Assembly (NCBI GenBank): GCA_937934135.1
Contig: CALHAW010000005.1
Coordinates: 1,034-65,033 of the forward strand
Direction: 5' to 3'
Length of the DNA stretch: 64,000 nucleotides
From: an uncultured Alphaproteobacteria bacterium
GTDB taxonomy: Bacteria; Pseudomonadota; Alphaproteobacteria; Micavibrionales; Micavibrionaceae
Positions 10,165 through 19,963 of the stretch are shown in pieces. Within the stretch, counting starts at the first letter, position 1. Every line of letters begins with the position of its first letter. The notes beneath the pieces are model-generated. The model made no database searches and was not told the DNA's origin. It was given only the letters and a program-made list of their open reading frames with translations. Both the position numbers and the translations under genes were made by a program.

Positions 10165-11677
10165 CCCAACCCATCATACGCAATGGAAAAAACTGCAAAA
10201 CCATTATGATGCAATTAAAGAACAAAGAATATTGTCTTTTTTTGACCATAACGAAAACCGTGTCACCGCCCTTTCACAAACAATAAACAATCTTTTTTTT
10301 GATTATTCAAAACAACATATTACCGAAGACACTATCTCACTTCTTTGTGATCTAGCGCGCGTCTGTAATGTTGAAGAAAAACGCGATGCCATGTTCTCTG
10401 GACAGGCAATCAACGTCACAGAAAACCGCGCCGTACTTCATACGGCGCTGCGTGATCCCAATGCCAGTGATGAAATTAAAGGCGCGCTGGATCAGATAGA
10501 AAAACTATCTATACAAATAAGAAACAAAGACCTTAACGGTGCCACAGGGAAGCCTATTGAACATATTATTTCATTGGGGGTGGGTGGCTCCGACCTTGGG
10601 CCGCGCTTTGTCTGTGACAGTTTAAAAACAGCAGCAGATTTTTCTGTTTCTTTTGTTTCTAATATTGATCCCTATGATATCGAAAATATTTTAAAAAAAT
10701 GCAATCCAGAAACGACGCTCTTTATCGTGATTTCAAAAAGTTTTGGGACACATGAAACGATGGAAAATTATAAACGGGCGAAAAGTTGGTTAAAAAATAC
10801 CTTTGATAATACCTGTGGTGATGCTGACATCATGCAACATTTCATTGCCGTTTCTGCAAACAAAGAACGCGCACAACAATACGGCTTTAAGCCACAAAAT
10901 ATTCTTCCCATATGGGAATGGGTGAATGGCCGTTTTAGTGTATGGTCTGCCGTTGGCTTGCCTATCGCTATTGCTTTAGGCTTTGACCAATTTAAAATTC
11001 TATTGGCGGGCGCACACAAGGCCGACCTCCATTTTAAAGAAGCACCGCTGGCTAAAAATATCCCTGTTTTAATGGGGCTTATTGGCCTTTGGAATATTAA
11101 TTTTATGAACCATTTACGCCTTGCGGTTTTACCCTACACGCAACAACTTTATTATCTGCCTGCCTATTTGCAGCAATTAGATATGGAATCAAATGGAAAG
11201 TCTGTTGATTTAGATGGAAATATGATTACCGACTATCACACAGGTCCCGTCTTATTTGGAGAGGTTGGCACCAATGGCCAACACAGCTTTTATCAACATT
11301 TCCATCAAGGAACACAGCAAACCGCCTGTGATTTTATTGGATATAAAGATAAAAATCCGCAACTGCTGCATAACATGCTCGCCCAATCCGAAGCCCTAAT
11401 GATGGGGCAAGAGCATGAAGCACCGCATCAATATTTTAAAGGGAATAGCCCTTCTTCTACTTTTTTGTTTGAAACCTTAAACGCCGAAACACTCGGCATG
11501 CTTATCGCTTTTTATGAACATAAAGTAACGGTACAGGGATTTTTGTGGAATATTAATAGCTTCGATCAATTCGGTGTAGAGCTTGGCAAACAGCTTGCTC
11601 AAAAATTAAATGAAGACGATCTCTCTTCTGCTGACCCATCGACAAAAAACCTTTATTCCCTGATCAACAAGCGATAA
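10154..11677 (+). CDS. pgi: glucose-6-phosphate isomerase
   Basis: Motifs GVGGSDLGP, SKSFGTHETM, DMESNGK, GTNGQHSFYQ. Start moved to the ATG at 10154 (MLNNPTHH), which overlaps the upstream stop. Confidence 0.9.
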   Translation: MLNNPTHHTQWKKLQNHYDAIKEQRILSFFDHNENRVTALSQTINNLFFDYSKQHITEDTISLLCDLARVCNVEEKRDAMFSGQAINVTENRAVLHTALRDPNASDEIKGALDQIEKLSIQIRNKDLNGATGKPIEHIISLGVGGSDLGPRFVCDSLKTAADFSVSFVSNIDPYDIENILKKCNPETTLFIVISKSFGTHETMENYKRAKSWLKNTFDNTCGDADIMQHFIAVSANKERAQQYGFKPQNILPIWEWVNGRFSVWSAVGLPIAIALGFDQFKILLAGAHKADLHFKEAPLAKNIPVLMGLIGLWNINFMNHLRLAVLPYTQQLYYLPAYLQQLDMESNGKSVDLDGNMITDYHTGPVLFGEVGTNGQHSFYQHFHQGTQQTACDFIGYKDKNPQLLHNMLAQSEALMMGQEHEAPHQYFKGNSPSSTFLFETLNAETLGMLIAFYEHKVTVQGFLWNINSFDQFGVELGKQLAQKLNEDDLSSADPSTKNLYSLINKR

Positions 11678-11686
11678 TCTATCTCT

Positions 11687-12994
11687 ATGAATACTAAAAA
11701 CCCTTCCGCTAGCAATCTTAAGCGCCTCACACAGCGCGAATTAAACGAGATTGTCGCGCTCCATAAAAAATTTACAATGGGGCAGCGTGGCGGTATGCGG
11801 GCCATTATGAAGTTTGTCGATATTTCTGGGCTTTCCCTTTCTGGGGTTGATTTATCGCAGGCCGACTTCACAGGATCAGATTTTACCGACACCGATTTAT
11901 CAAATGGTAACTTCTTAGGATGTTGCTTCTTTGCCTGTGATCTTAGCAATGCAAACCTTGAAAATGCCAATTTTAAACGCGCAGATTTTCGCGGCGCGTA
12001 TGTCGCCGGCGCAAATTTAAAAGGGGCAGACTTAGATTCTGCTGATTTACGCGAAGGTAAAATAATGGAGCGTGGCGATGATGGCTCTATCCAGAACCGC
12101 GCCCGCCAGGTAACCGACCGCAATGATAATAATATGTGGAGCGCCGTTTTTACAGGCGCAAAAATGACCGAAACAAATCTTTCTGGTGTCAAAGCTATTT
12201 CTGCTGATTTTTCTGATGCGGATATGACGGGCGTTACCCTCAATGAAGCCAATTTATCAGAGGTTAATTTTAAAGGCGCTAACCTTACTGATGCAGACCT
12301 AACGGGATCAGACCTCACCAATGCCGATCTTCAAGATACTGTTATGAAAGGCACAATTTTAAAATCAGTCGAGATGGATGGCGCGATTGTTGATGGAATC
12401 ATGGATGATGACCCCATTGTGCGTACCCTTGAAGAACGCGGTGATAACATTGAAGACCTTATAAAAGAGCATGAAGCTTGGATTACAAGCGCGGGAAAAT
12501 CTGGCCAGCAAATGAATTTAAGCGAGGTTGATCTACGCCCCATCAAAAAATTAAGCGAGTATTCCCTTACTGCCATCAAGGCACAAAAGGCCAATTTCAC
12601 GGATATGGAGTTGGAAGGCATTAGCCTACAAAGCGCCACCCTTGATGACTCCTCTTTTCGGGATTGCCGCATGAAAAAATCAGATTTACGCGGATCATCC
12701 TTGAAAAATACGAATTTTAACCGCGCAGACCTTTCTGAAAGCAAAATGGGCGCATTACGATTTGATAGCCCAGATGGTAGTGGCGTGCGCCTTCAACGCA
12801 CCAATTTAAGCGGCTCTGCCTTACGTTACACAGACCTTACAGGCGTTGATCTACGGGATTCTATCTTGATGGGTTGTGATTTAACGGGTGCAAAATTAAA
12901 AGATTGTGACCTGCGCAAGGCTGACCTCACAGGCGCGATTTTGGATAAAACAGACTTATCCTCTGCTCGCACAGATGGCGCTATTCTTGATTGA
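11687..12994 (+). CDS. pentapeptide-repeat protein (two repeat modules)
   Basis: Long runs of A(D/N)LxG-type pentads, e.g. ADLTGSDLTNADLQDT and ADLRGAYVAGANLKGADLDSADL. Confidence 0.85.
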   Translation: MNTKNPSASNLKRLTQRELNEIVALHKKFTMGQRGGMRAIMKFVDISGLSLSGVDLSQADFTGSDFTDTDLSNGNFLGCCFFACDLSNANLENANFKRADFRGAYVAGANLKGADLDSADLREGKIMERGDDGSIQNRARQVTDRNDNNMWSAVFTGAKMTETNLSGVKAISADFSDADMTGVTLNEANLSEVNFKGANLTDADLTGSDLTNADLQDTVMKGTILKSVEMDGAIVDGIMDDDPIVRTLEERGDNIEDLIKEHEAWITSAGKSGQQMNLSEVDLRPIKKLSEYSLTAIKAQKANFTDMELEGISLQSATLDDSSFRDCRMKKSDLRGSSLKNTNFNRADLSESKMGALRFDSPDGSGVRLQRTNLSGSALRYTDLTGVDLRDSILMGCDLTGAKLKDCDLRKADLTGAILDKTDLSSARTDGAILD

Positions 12995-13026
12995 TTTTTA
13001 GGCACTCTAACCGCTACTCTCACCCT

Positions 13027-14793
13027 ATGCAAATAAGACAACTACCAGATTACTTGGTGAACCAAATCGCCGCAGGGGAAGTGATTGAACGCCCTGCCGC
13101 GGCAGTAAAGGAGCTTGTTGAAAATGCCATTGATGCGGGGGCAACTCAAATTGATATTGATTTACGCCATGGCGGCAAAAGCCTGATCCGTATTAAAGAT
13201 AATGGCCGCGGTATGAATGAGGCGGATTTAACCCTCGCCGTTGAGCGTCACGCCACTTCTAAACTCCCCAATGATGATTTAGTTAATATCAACCATCTAG
13301 GGTTTCGCGGCGAAGCGCTCCCCTCCATTGGTTCCGTCAGTCATCTTAAAATTCAATCAAAAACCGTCAATGATGACAATGCATGGGAAATTAAAATTGA
13401 AGGAGGGAAAAAACAAACGCCCTCTCCCGCGACGCCCATTAATGGCACAATCATTGAAGTGTCTGACTTATTTTATGCCACACCCGCCCGTTTAAAATTT
13501 TTAAAATCTGACCGCGCAGAATATGGCGCAGTGCGTGAAATGATCTTACGGATTGCCATGGCGTTTCCCGATGTTGGTTTGAAATTATCCCATGAAGGCA
13601 TTGCCAAATTAAACTTAAATGCCGCCACGCGCAAAGACCGCATTGGCGATATATTAGGCAAAGAATTTAAAGAAAATGCGGTATCTGTTTATGGTGAGCG
13701 CGGCAATATGACGCTTGAAGGCTTTACCAGTCTTCCTACTTTAAACCGCGCCAGCAACCAACATCAATATCTGTTCGTCAATGGCCGCCCCGTAAAAGAT
13801 AAGATGATTTTGGGCTGCGTTCGCGCCGCTTATATGGATATTCTCCATAGCGGAAGACATCCGCTTACCGCGCTTTTCCTTACCATTCCCGCCGAATCCG
13901 TTGACGTCAATGTCCACCCCGCCAAAACCGAAGTGCGTTTTAGGGAAGCCGCCGAAGTGCGTAGCCTTCTCATTGGCTCGCTCAAACATGCATTACATGA
14001 TGGTGGCATGACAACTTCTTCGACCTTATCAACACAAACTTTCAGCCGGATGAAAGGCGGTAACCCCGCGCCATACCAGCCCAGCTTCCGTCCCTCCCTC
14101 CAAGCAAATCATGGTATGGCAGAAAAAGCGCAAGAGTTTTATATGCCATTGGAGCCTTCTGCCCGTGCAGAAATACCGATAGAAAATAAGGAACAGGCGG
14201 CGGTTACAGATTATCCTTTAGGCGCGGCGCGCGCGCAGATTCATGAAAACTATATCATCGCGCAAAGCGATAATGGTTTAGTTATTGTGGATCAACACGC
14301 GGCGCATGAACGCCTTGTTTATGAGAAATTGAAAAACCAAATGGCGGAAGGTAAAATTATAACCCAAGGATTGCTCGTCCCCGAAATTGTTGATCTTGCC
14401 GAAAATGAAATTTCTGAACTGTTAACGCATCAAGACATGCTCAATCAATTTGGTATTGAAATTGAAGCCTTTGGCACAGATTCCATTTCTGTTCAAAGTC
14501 TACCTGCCCTCATTGGCAATAAAGTCAATATAAAGCAATTAATCCGTGACATTATTGATGAAATCACCGAACACGGAACAGCAGAAAAATTACAAAAAAC
14601 CTTGTTTGAAACGCTTTCAAGCGCCGCTTGTCATGGATCTATCCGCTCTGGCCGTCGTTTAAACGCTGATGAAATGAACGCCTTGCTGCGTCAAATGGAA
14701 GAAACACCCAATTCTGGACATTGCAACCATGGCAGGCCAACTTATATTACGTTAGACTTGGTTGATATCGAAAAGCTTTTTGGAAGGCGGTAA
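13027..14793 (+). CDS. mutL: DNA mismatch repair protein MutL
   Basis: N-terminus MQIRQLPDYLVNQIAAGEVIERPAAAVKELVENAIDAG (GHKL ATPase). C-terminal dimerisation region with ACHGSIR. Start moved to 13027. Confidence 0.95.
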   Translation: MQIRQLPDYLVNQIAAGEVIERPAAAVKELVENAIDAGATQIDIDLRHGGKSLIRIKDNGRGMNEADLTLAVERHATSKLPNDDLVNINHLGFRGEALPSIGSVSHLKIQSKTVNDDNAWEIKIEGGKKQTPSPATPINGTIIEVSDLFYATPARLKFLKSDRAEYGAVREMILRIAMAFPDVGLKLSHEGIAKLNLNAATRKDRIGDILGKEFKENAVSVYGERGNMTLEGFTSLPTLNRASNQHQYLFVNGRPVKDKMILGCVRAAYMDILHSGRHPLTALFLTIPAESVDVNVHPAKTEVRFREAAEVRSLLIGSLKHALHDGGMTTSSTLSTQTFSRMKGGNPAPYQPSFRPSLQANHGMAEKAQEFYMPLEPSARAEIPIENKEQAAVTDYPLGAARAQIHENYIIAQSDNGLVIVDQHAAHERLVYEKLKNQMAEGKIITQGLLVPEIVDLAENEISELLTHQDMLNQFGIEIEAFGTDSISVQSLPALIGNKVNIKQLIRDIIDEITEHGTAEKLQKTLFETLSSAACHGSIRSGRRLNADEMNALLRQMEETPNSGHCNHGRPTYITLDLVDIEKLFGRR

Positions 14794-14799
14794 AAGGAA

Positions 14800-15285
14800 G
14801 TGACCATGTCAAAAGACCAGAAAATAATAATCGCGCTCTATAGTGCCTTCATCATTGCCTTCATCAGTAATTTTATTCCATCGGACATTATTCAAATGGC
14901 AGGGGGCTTTATCGTTCTTCTGGCAATATCAACGGCGTATATTATCCGTTCAAAAAATGAAATGACCAGCTATAATTATACGCACGCGCAATTTTTGATT
15001 AAAACATTTTGGATTTCTTCCCTTATTTTAATCATTGGTATGATTGCCGCACTGTTTTTGGGAGACCACACAAAAATAAATGCAGTTGTTGATGGCATCG
15101 CACAGGGCATTCCCTTCACACAAGCAGAACTTAATGCTGTTTTAAAAAACTATGCTTTTGATAATATTATTATCTTTGGTCTTTCTATCGGCCCCAGCCT
15201 GATTTATTTGGGCTATAGAATAATTAAAGGCCTGATCAAGGCCGTAAATAATGAAATAATTAATAACTTAAAAAACTGGCTTTAA
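14800..15285 (+). CDS. hypothetical 4-TM membrane protein
   Basis: Hydrophobic segments only; no motif recognised. Packed between mutL and purN. Confidence 0.5.
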   Translation: MTMSKDQKIIIALYSAFIIAFISNFIPSDIIQMAGGFIVLLAISTAYIIRSKNEMTSYNYTHAQFLIKTFWISSLILIIGMIAALFLGDHTKINAVVDGIAQGIPFTQAELNAVLKNYAFDNIIIFGLSIGPSLIYLGYRIIKGLIKAVNNEIINNLKNWL

Positions 15286-15288
15286 CCC

Positions 15289-15882
15289 ATGAATCTCGCT
15301 TTTTTTGCTTCTTATAACGGCTCTTCCGCGCACGCCATTACTGATGCCTGCCTCGAAGGAGCTTTAAGTGCTTCCCCTACACTTTTATTGACAAATAATG
15401 AAAGTGCTAACGCCCTAGAATGGTCAGAAAATAAGGGGTTAAAGACTTTCTGTGTGAATAGTAAAACATACCCCAATCCCGCCGAACTTGATTGCAAAAT
15501 AGCAGATTATTTAAAAGCAAACCGTATCAGCATGGTCATTTTATCTGGTTATATGCGCCTGATCGGCCCCGAAACATTACGGGCCGTTAATGGATGCGTT
15601 CTTAATATTCATCCCGCTCTCCTTCCAAAATATGGGGGGCAAGGCATGTATGGCCATCACGTTCATCAGGCTGTGAAAGATAATAATGAAACCGAAACAG
15701 GAATTACAATTCATCAAATAGATGGTGAATATGATAAAGGAAAAATTTTAGCGCAAAAAATTATCCCCTTATCATCAGATGACAGCGCCGAAGATATACA
15801 AAAAAAAGTACAAAGCGTAGAAGCAACATTTTATATTGAAACATTACGTAAGATTTTGAAAAAAGAAATAGAGCTTGATTAG
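15289..15882 (+). CDS. purN: phosphoribosylglycinamide formyltransferase
   Basis: SGYMRLI, NIHPALLPKYGG and the HQIDGEYDKGKILAQ formyltransferase core. Confidence 0.8.
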   Translation: MNLAFFASYNGSSAHAITDACLEGALSASPTLLLTNNESANALEWSENKGLKTFCVNSKTYPNPAELDCKIADYLKANRISMVILSGYMRLIGPETLRAVNGCVLNIHPALLPKYGGQGMYGHHVHQAVKDNNETETGITIHQIDGEYDKGKILAQKIIPLSSDDSAEDIQKKVQSVEATFYIETLRKILKKEIELD

Positions 15883-16251
15883 CTATTTTTCTTGCCGCGC
15901 TTTCATTAATTCTAAAATTAATTTTTGATCTTTTTCTGGCATTGCATAAAAATTATCTAATATTTCTGATGATTTTTCTTCAAAACCCTTTACGGCATCC
16001 TTTACTGATTTTGGCATAAGAGCAGGTTCTACCGTTTGTGCTTCTCCAAAAATAAGCCATTCTACAGGAATATCTAATGCCGCGGCCAAACGATTCAAAT
16101 AACGCGGTTGGCGCGCCTTACCTTTTTCTGCCTGCTGGATGGCTTGCTGCGTCGTGCCTGCTTTTTGTGCCAATTCGACTTGTGATAAATTATATAATTT
16201 TCGAATGTAAATCAGACGTTCGGAAAGTTTTGGCATGGCTTTTAACTGCAT
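15883..16251 (-). CDS. XRE-family helix-turn-helix transcriptional regulator
   Basis: N-terminal HTH: LSERLIYIRKLYNLSQVELAQKAGTTQQAIQQAEKG. Confidence 0.75.
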   Translation of the reverse strand: MQLKAMPKLSERLIYIRKLYNLSQVELAQKAGTTQQAIQQAEKGKARQPRYLNRLAAALDIPVEWLIFGEAQTVEPALMPKSVKDAVKGFEEKSSEILDNFYAMPEKDQKLILELMKARQEK

Positions 16252-16461
16252 AAAACCAGTATATAAAAGAAAGCTTGTAAATTCTTGACAATATTTCTTG
16301 TAAAAAATTAATTTTATTGTATTATCTTGTTATGAAGAAGAAAAAACCTGTCCCACATTTTAAACCCTCTCAAAAACTTGAAGCCGTTTTGGATCAATTA
16401 TCATCTATTCTTATTTTTGAAAAAAAACAGGATAATCCCCATAAACCAGAAGAAAGAAAAA

Positions 16462-17097
16462 TTAAAACTTAAACGCCCGTTTCTCTTTTTCACAAATATC
16501 ACGCATGCAACATCCCTCTACATGATCATTTACAATGCCCATAGATTGCATGAAGGCATAACACGTCGTTTCCCCAACAAATTTCCATCCGCGCTTTTTT
16601 AAATCTTTGGATAAGGCTTTTGATTCATTGGTCTTTGTTATTTTTTGTAGTGTTTTGAAATCATATTTTTGTGGTCGATTTTTACTTTTGGGTTCAAATG
16701 ACCAAAAATAATTTGAAAGCGATCCAAATTCTTCAATTAACAAAGGAACCTGCTTTGCATTATTAATGGTAGCTTCTATTTTTCCACGGTGACGAATGAT
16801 ACCCGCATTTTGTAATAATTTCTCAATTTTCTTCTCGTTATATTTGGCAAGCTTTTCCCAATCAAAACCATCAAAAGCGGCGCGAAAATTATCCCGCTTG
16901 CGTAAAATTGTAAGCCAGCTTAACCCTGCTTGAAATCCTTCAAGGCATATTTTTTCAAATAAATGTTGATCATCATAAACAGGGAAACCCCATTCTTCAT
17001 CATGATAACGTAAATATTCAGAGTCATTTGCGTGCCAATGGCACCGCTTTTTGCCGTCAGGGCCAATAATTAAACCATCTTCAAGGGCGCTTACCAT
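16462..17097 (-). CDS. tag: DNA-3-methyladenine glycosylase I
   Basis: RCHWHAN..YLRYHDEEWGFPV..LFEKICLEGFQAGLSWLTILRKR is the Tag signature. Confidence 0.9.
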   Translation of the reverse strand: MVSALEDGLIIGPDGKKRCHWHANDSEYLRYHDEEWGFPVYDDQHLFEKICLEGFQAGLSWLTILRKRDNFRAAFDGFDWEKLAKYNEKKIEKLLQNAGIIRHRGKIEATINNAKQVPLLIEEFGSLSNYFWSFEPKSKNRPQKYDFKTLQKITKTNESKALSKDLKKRGWKFVGETTCYAFMQSMGIVNDHVEGCCMRDICEKEKRAFKF

Positions 17098-17099
17098 GT

Positions 17100-17810
17100 C
17101 TAACTATTGGCTAGCTCAAGGAATTGAAGCGCCGCAGCCGCATCTTTTTTGAACGATTCGCGTTCTGTTTCTTCTTGGGGAGCCGCGCCATGTAGCGCTT
17201 CATTATATAGCTCTCCACGGTAAAGCTCTTCTAGGTAACTTGCCGCAAAAAGCTCTTCGGGGGTGATGTCTCCTTCTGAAAAGGCGAGCGCCAGAATAAG
17301 TGACCCGCTGAGCGATGTCAGAACATGAACGATCGTAAAATAATAATCATCCAGCGATTCAATATAATTCCAAACGCGTTTATGCGCTTCTTCATCTTGG
17401 GTTAAAGCATCAATTTTTGTGGTGGTATAAAGCGGTATTTCAAAATGGCCTTCAAACCACTTCACCCATGCGCCCCATTTTTCTTTTTGTAATTTGGCGA
17501 GGTCTTCTGGTTCTTTTGTCCAATAACATACAAGATCTGTATCTAAATACCGCATACACCCTTCAGTGATTTTTTCACGATCACGGATTTTATCAATCGC
17601 CGTTGTCAAAAGCTGTGTTAGGGGCATTGTATCTGGCTTTACTTTTTCTTCCTGCGCTGCCCATTCTGCAACAATACCATCCGCCAACGCTTTACTGGGA
17701 CTCATCATATCTTGTCCCAATGGAGTCTTTACGGTTTTTCCATCTAATTGAATAACATAACCCCCATCTGATTTTTTATGGGATGCCATAGTATAAAAAC
17801 GTTTCATCAT
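17100..17810 (-). CDS. ATP12-family F1-ATPase assembly chaperone
   Basis: KRFY...VIQLDGKTVKTP....SPSKALADGIVAEWAAQ..KVKPDTMPLTQL matches the ATP12 family pattern. Confidence 0.8.
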   Translation of the reverse strand: MMKRFYTMASHKKSDGGYVIQLDGKTVKTPLGQDMMSPSKALADGIVAEWAAQEEKVKPDTMPLTQLLTTAIDKIRDREKITEGCMRYLDTDLVCYWTKEPEDLAKLQKEKWGAWVKWFEGHFEIPLYTTTKIDALTQDEEAHKRVWNYIESLDDYYFTIVHVLTSLSGSLILALAFSEGDITPEELFAASYLEELYRGELYNEALHGAAPQEETERESFKKDAAAALQFLELANS

Positions 17811-17813
17811 GTT

Positions 17814-18608
17814 TTACTCATTACCTTTTAAATATTTGTTACATTGCGCTAAATCACCGCCAGCATATTGATAAAGACACGCCAACGGATTATCCATGGC
17901 ATAAGCCTGCCCATCAAGAAAAGGATAATCTTTTTTTGGTGCGACTTCACTGCCTTTTTGGAAAATTACACCCATTAACACAACATCTAATAAGCTTTTT
18001 TGAAGGGATGCTTCAATCTTATACGCACCTAAATTCACAGAAATAAGTAATTTTTTAGGTACAATATAAGACTTTTTGTCTTTTTGTATCTCAACATCAA
18101 TATCAAATTCTTTACCGCCATAGATCCCTTGCGCAGTAAAATTCGCTTTCGTTGAGTCTGCTTCATCGTCAATAATTTGTGCGGTTTTTATATCAATATC
18201 AAACGCGGTGAATATGTTTTTATTGGCTTTTAAATTTCTAATTTCTAAGAAATTAATGCGCCCTTTTTTAATAAATAAACCAGCAAGCGGCACACTTAAG
18301 GCAAATTTTTCTGCCTCTCCTTCAATAATGGCGGCGTTATTGGCACGATGCAGGGTTATTTTTTGAAGCTGAATATCAATATTGGGGTGAAACGCAACCT
18401 TATCCACTTGACCAATAGTCACCTGCGTTCTGGTTTGTTCGGATAAATATTTTTCAAACCCTTCCCGTAGCGGATCAGGATACCGCTCGACTAATTTCAA
18501 CGCACCAATCATCACAAAAACAAACACAACCAAAATAATTGGTAATTTAATCAAAAAAAACTTCAGTCTTTTTTTATGCTTATCCGTTAATCTAACCATA
18601 GGGTTCAT
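17814..18608 (-). CDS. membrane-anchored protein with an AsmA-like N-terminal region
   Basis: Single N-terminal TM, then YLSEQTRTQVTIGQVDKVAFHPNIDIQLQKITL, which resembles the AsmA N-terminus. Start overlaps the rluC stop (TAATG). Confidence 0.45.
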   Translation of the reverse strand: MNPMVRLTDKHKKRLKFFLIKLPIILVVFVFVMIGALKLVERYPDPLREGFEKYLSEQTRTQVTIGQVDKVAFHPNIDIQLQKITLHRANNAAIIEGEAEKFALSVPLAGLFIKKGRINFLEIRNLKANKNIFTAFDIDIKTAQIIDDEADSTKANFTAQGIYGGKEFDIDVEIQKDKKSYIVPKKLLISVNLGAYKIEASLQKSLLDVVLMGVIFQKGSEVAPKKDYPFLDGQAYAMDNPLACLYQYAGGDLAQCNKYLKGNE

Positions 18609-19582
18609 TAAATATCCTTAATATCCTGAAAGGCATGGTAAGAAGAATTTGGATCAAAACCAAAATCTTTCCAACTTTTAAGTAAATCATCCGCCAATGG
18701 TGCATTAATTTCAACATGCTTATTCGTGCGCGGATGACGGAATGAAATCGCACGCGCATGTAAATGAACACGGCGAATATGGTCAATACCGTCAATCATC
18801 GCTTCTTGCCCGCCATATTTACCATCCCCTAAAATAGGGCATCCCATATGGTTTGCATGGACACGAATTTGATGTGTACGGCCTGTACGCGGCCAAAAAG
18901 CAACAAATGCCATCTGCTTATGCGCGCGGTCAATAATATCAAAAAGCGTGACGGCATGTTGTCCTTCTTCATGAACAACCATTTTTTCTTTACCAAAACC
19001 ACCCGCTTTCATAAGGGGGGCTTTGATCTCACCACTATTAATTTCTGGCGCGGGAACAGTCAGCGCCCAGTATATTTTACGAATATGCCGCCCTTGGAAA
19101 ACCTTTCCCATTTTGCGTGCCATGTCGCTTGAGCGTGCCAATAATAATACACCAGAAGTATCTTTATCAAGACGGTGTATAAGGCGTGGACGTGTCCCTT
19201 GGTCATTCACTAACGCATCCAACATTCCGTCAATATGACGGTCAATATTTGTTCCCCCTTGGGTTGCAATACCCGCAGGTTTATTAAGTGCAATAATATC
19301 GCCATCATCATAAATCACCAAATCACGGATAAATTTGATATCGCGCTGACTTACACGCTTATCTTCTTCGTACCTATCTTCCATCGGTGGAATGCGAACA
19401 GACTGTCCCATTTCAATACGGGTTGCGGCCTTCACGCGCTTACTATTAACGCGGATTTGACCTGAACGCATAAGCTTTTGAAGCAGGCCAAACGGCGTTC
19501 CTTTCAAATGCTTTTGTAAAAATCGGTCTAGGCGTTGGCCATCCTCATCTTCACTTACTTTAATATAACGCACATTACTCAT
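18608..19582 (-). CDS. rluC: RluA-family 23S rRNA pseudouridine synthase (RluC/D-like)
   Basis: S4 domain (QRLDRFLQKHL) and catalytic HRLDKDTSGVLLLA. Confidence 0.85.
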   Translation of the reverse strand: MSNVRYIKVSEDEDGQRLDRFLQKHLKGTPFGLLQKLMRSGQIRVNSKRVKAATRIEMGQSVRIPPMEDRYEEDKRVSQRDIKFIRDLVIYDDGDIIALNKPAGIATQGGTNIDRHIDGMLDALVNDQGTRPRLIHRLDKDTSGVLLLARSSDMARKMGKVFQGRHIRKIYWALTVPAPEINSGEIKAPLMKAGGFGKEKMVVHEEGQHAVTLFDIIDRAHKQMAFVAFWPRTGRTHQIRVHANHMGCPILGDGKYGGQEAMIDGIDHIRRVHLHARAISFRHPRTNKHVEINAPLADDLLKSWKDFGFDPNSSYHAFQDIKDI

Positions 19583-19592
19583 ATTGAATTTC

Positions 19593-19955
19593 TCATGTCA
19601 AAACCTGTCTTATGATAAACATCCCTGCGAACAGCGCAAAGATTGAAAAAATAACGGAGGCCACTATATATCCTATTGTAACGAATATTTCACCTCGTTC
19701 CCACAATGTTGCGACATTAAGGGAAAATGTTGAAAAAGTTGTAAACGCGCCTAATAACCCAACGCTTAAAAACGCTTTTAATTCCTGTGACGGATTCCAA
19801 TAATGGGTAAAAGATACAATCAATACCCCCATCAAAAATGATCCCGCAATATTGACAGCCAACGTCGCACCCACACCTGGAATAAGCAAGCCTGTAAAAT
19901 GCCGAAGAACCGCCCCGATTGCACCGCCTGATGCTATTGCCAAAATTGTTCCCAT
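19593..19955 (-). CDS. crcB: fluoride channel CrcB/FluC
   Basis: 120 aa, 4 TM, with GGAIGAVLRH and GLLGAFTTFSTF motifs. Confidence 0.9.
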   Translation of the reverse strand: MGTILAIASGGAIGAVLRHFTGLLIPGVGATLAVNIAGSFLMGVLIVSFTHYWNPSQELKAFLSVGLLGAFTTFSTFSLNVATLWERGEIFVTIGYIVASVIFSIFALFAGMFIIRQVLT

Positions 19956-19963
19956 ATAACGCC

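Noticed and set aside
11653-12744. Long minus-strand ORFs (222 aa and 137 aa) inside the pentapeptide-repeat gene
   Set aside because: They are Ser/Ala/Lys/Phe-rich mirror images of the repeat codons, with no independent motifs. The plus-strand frame has the clear pentapeptide signature and fits the operon spacing.
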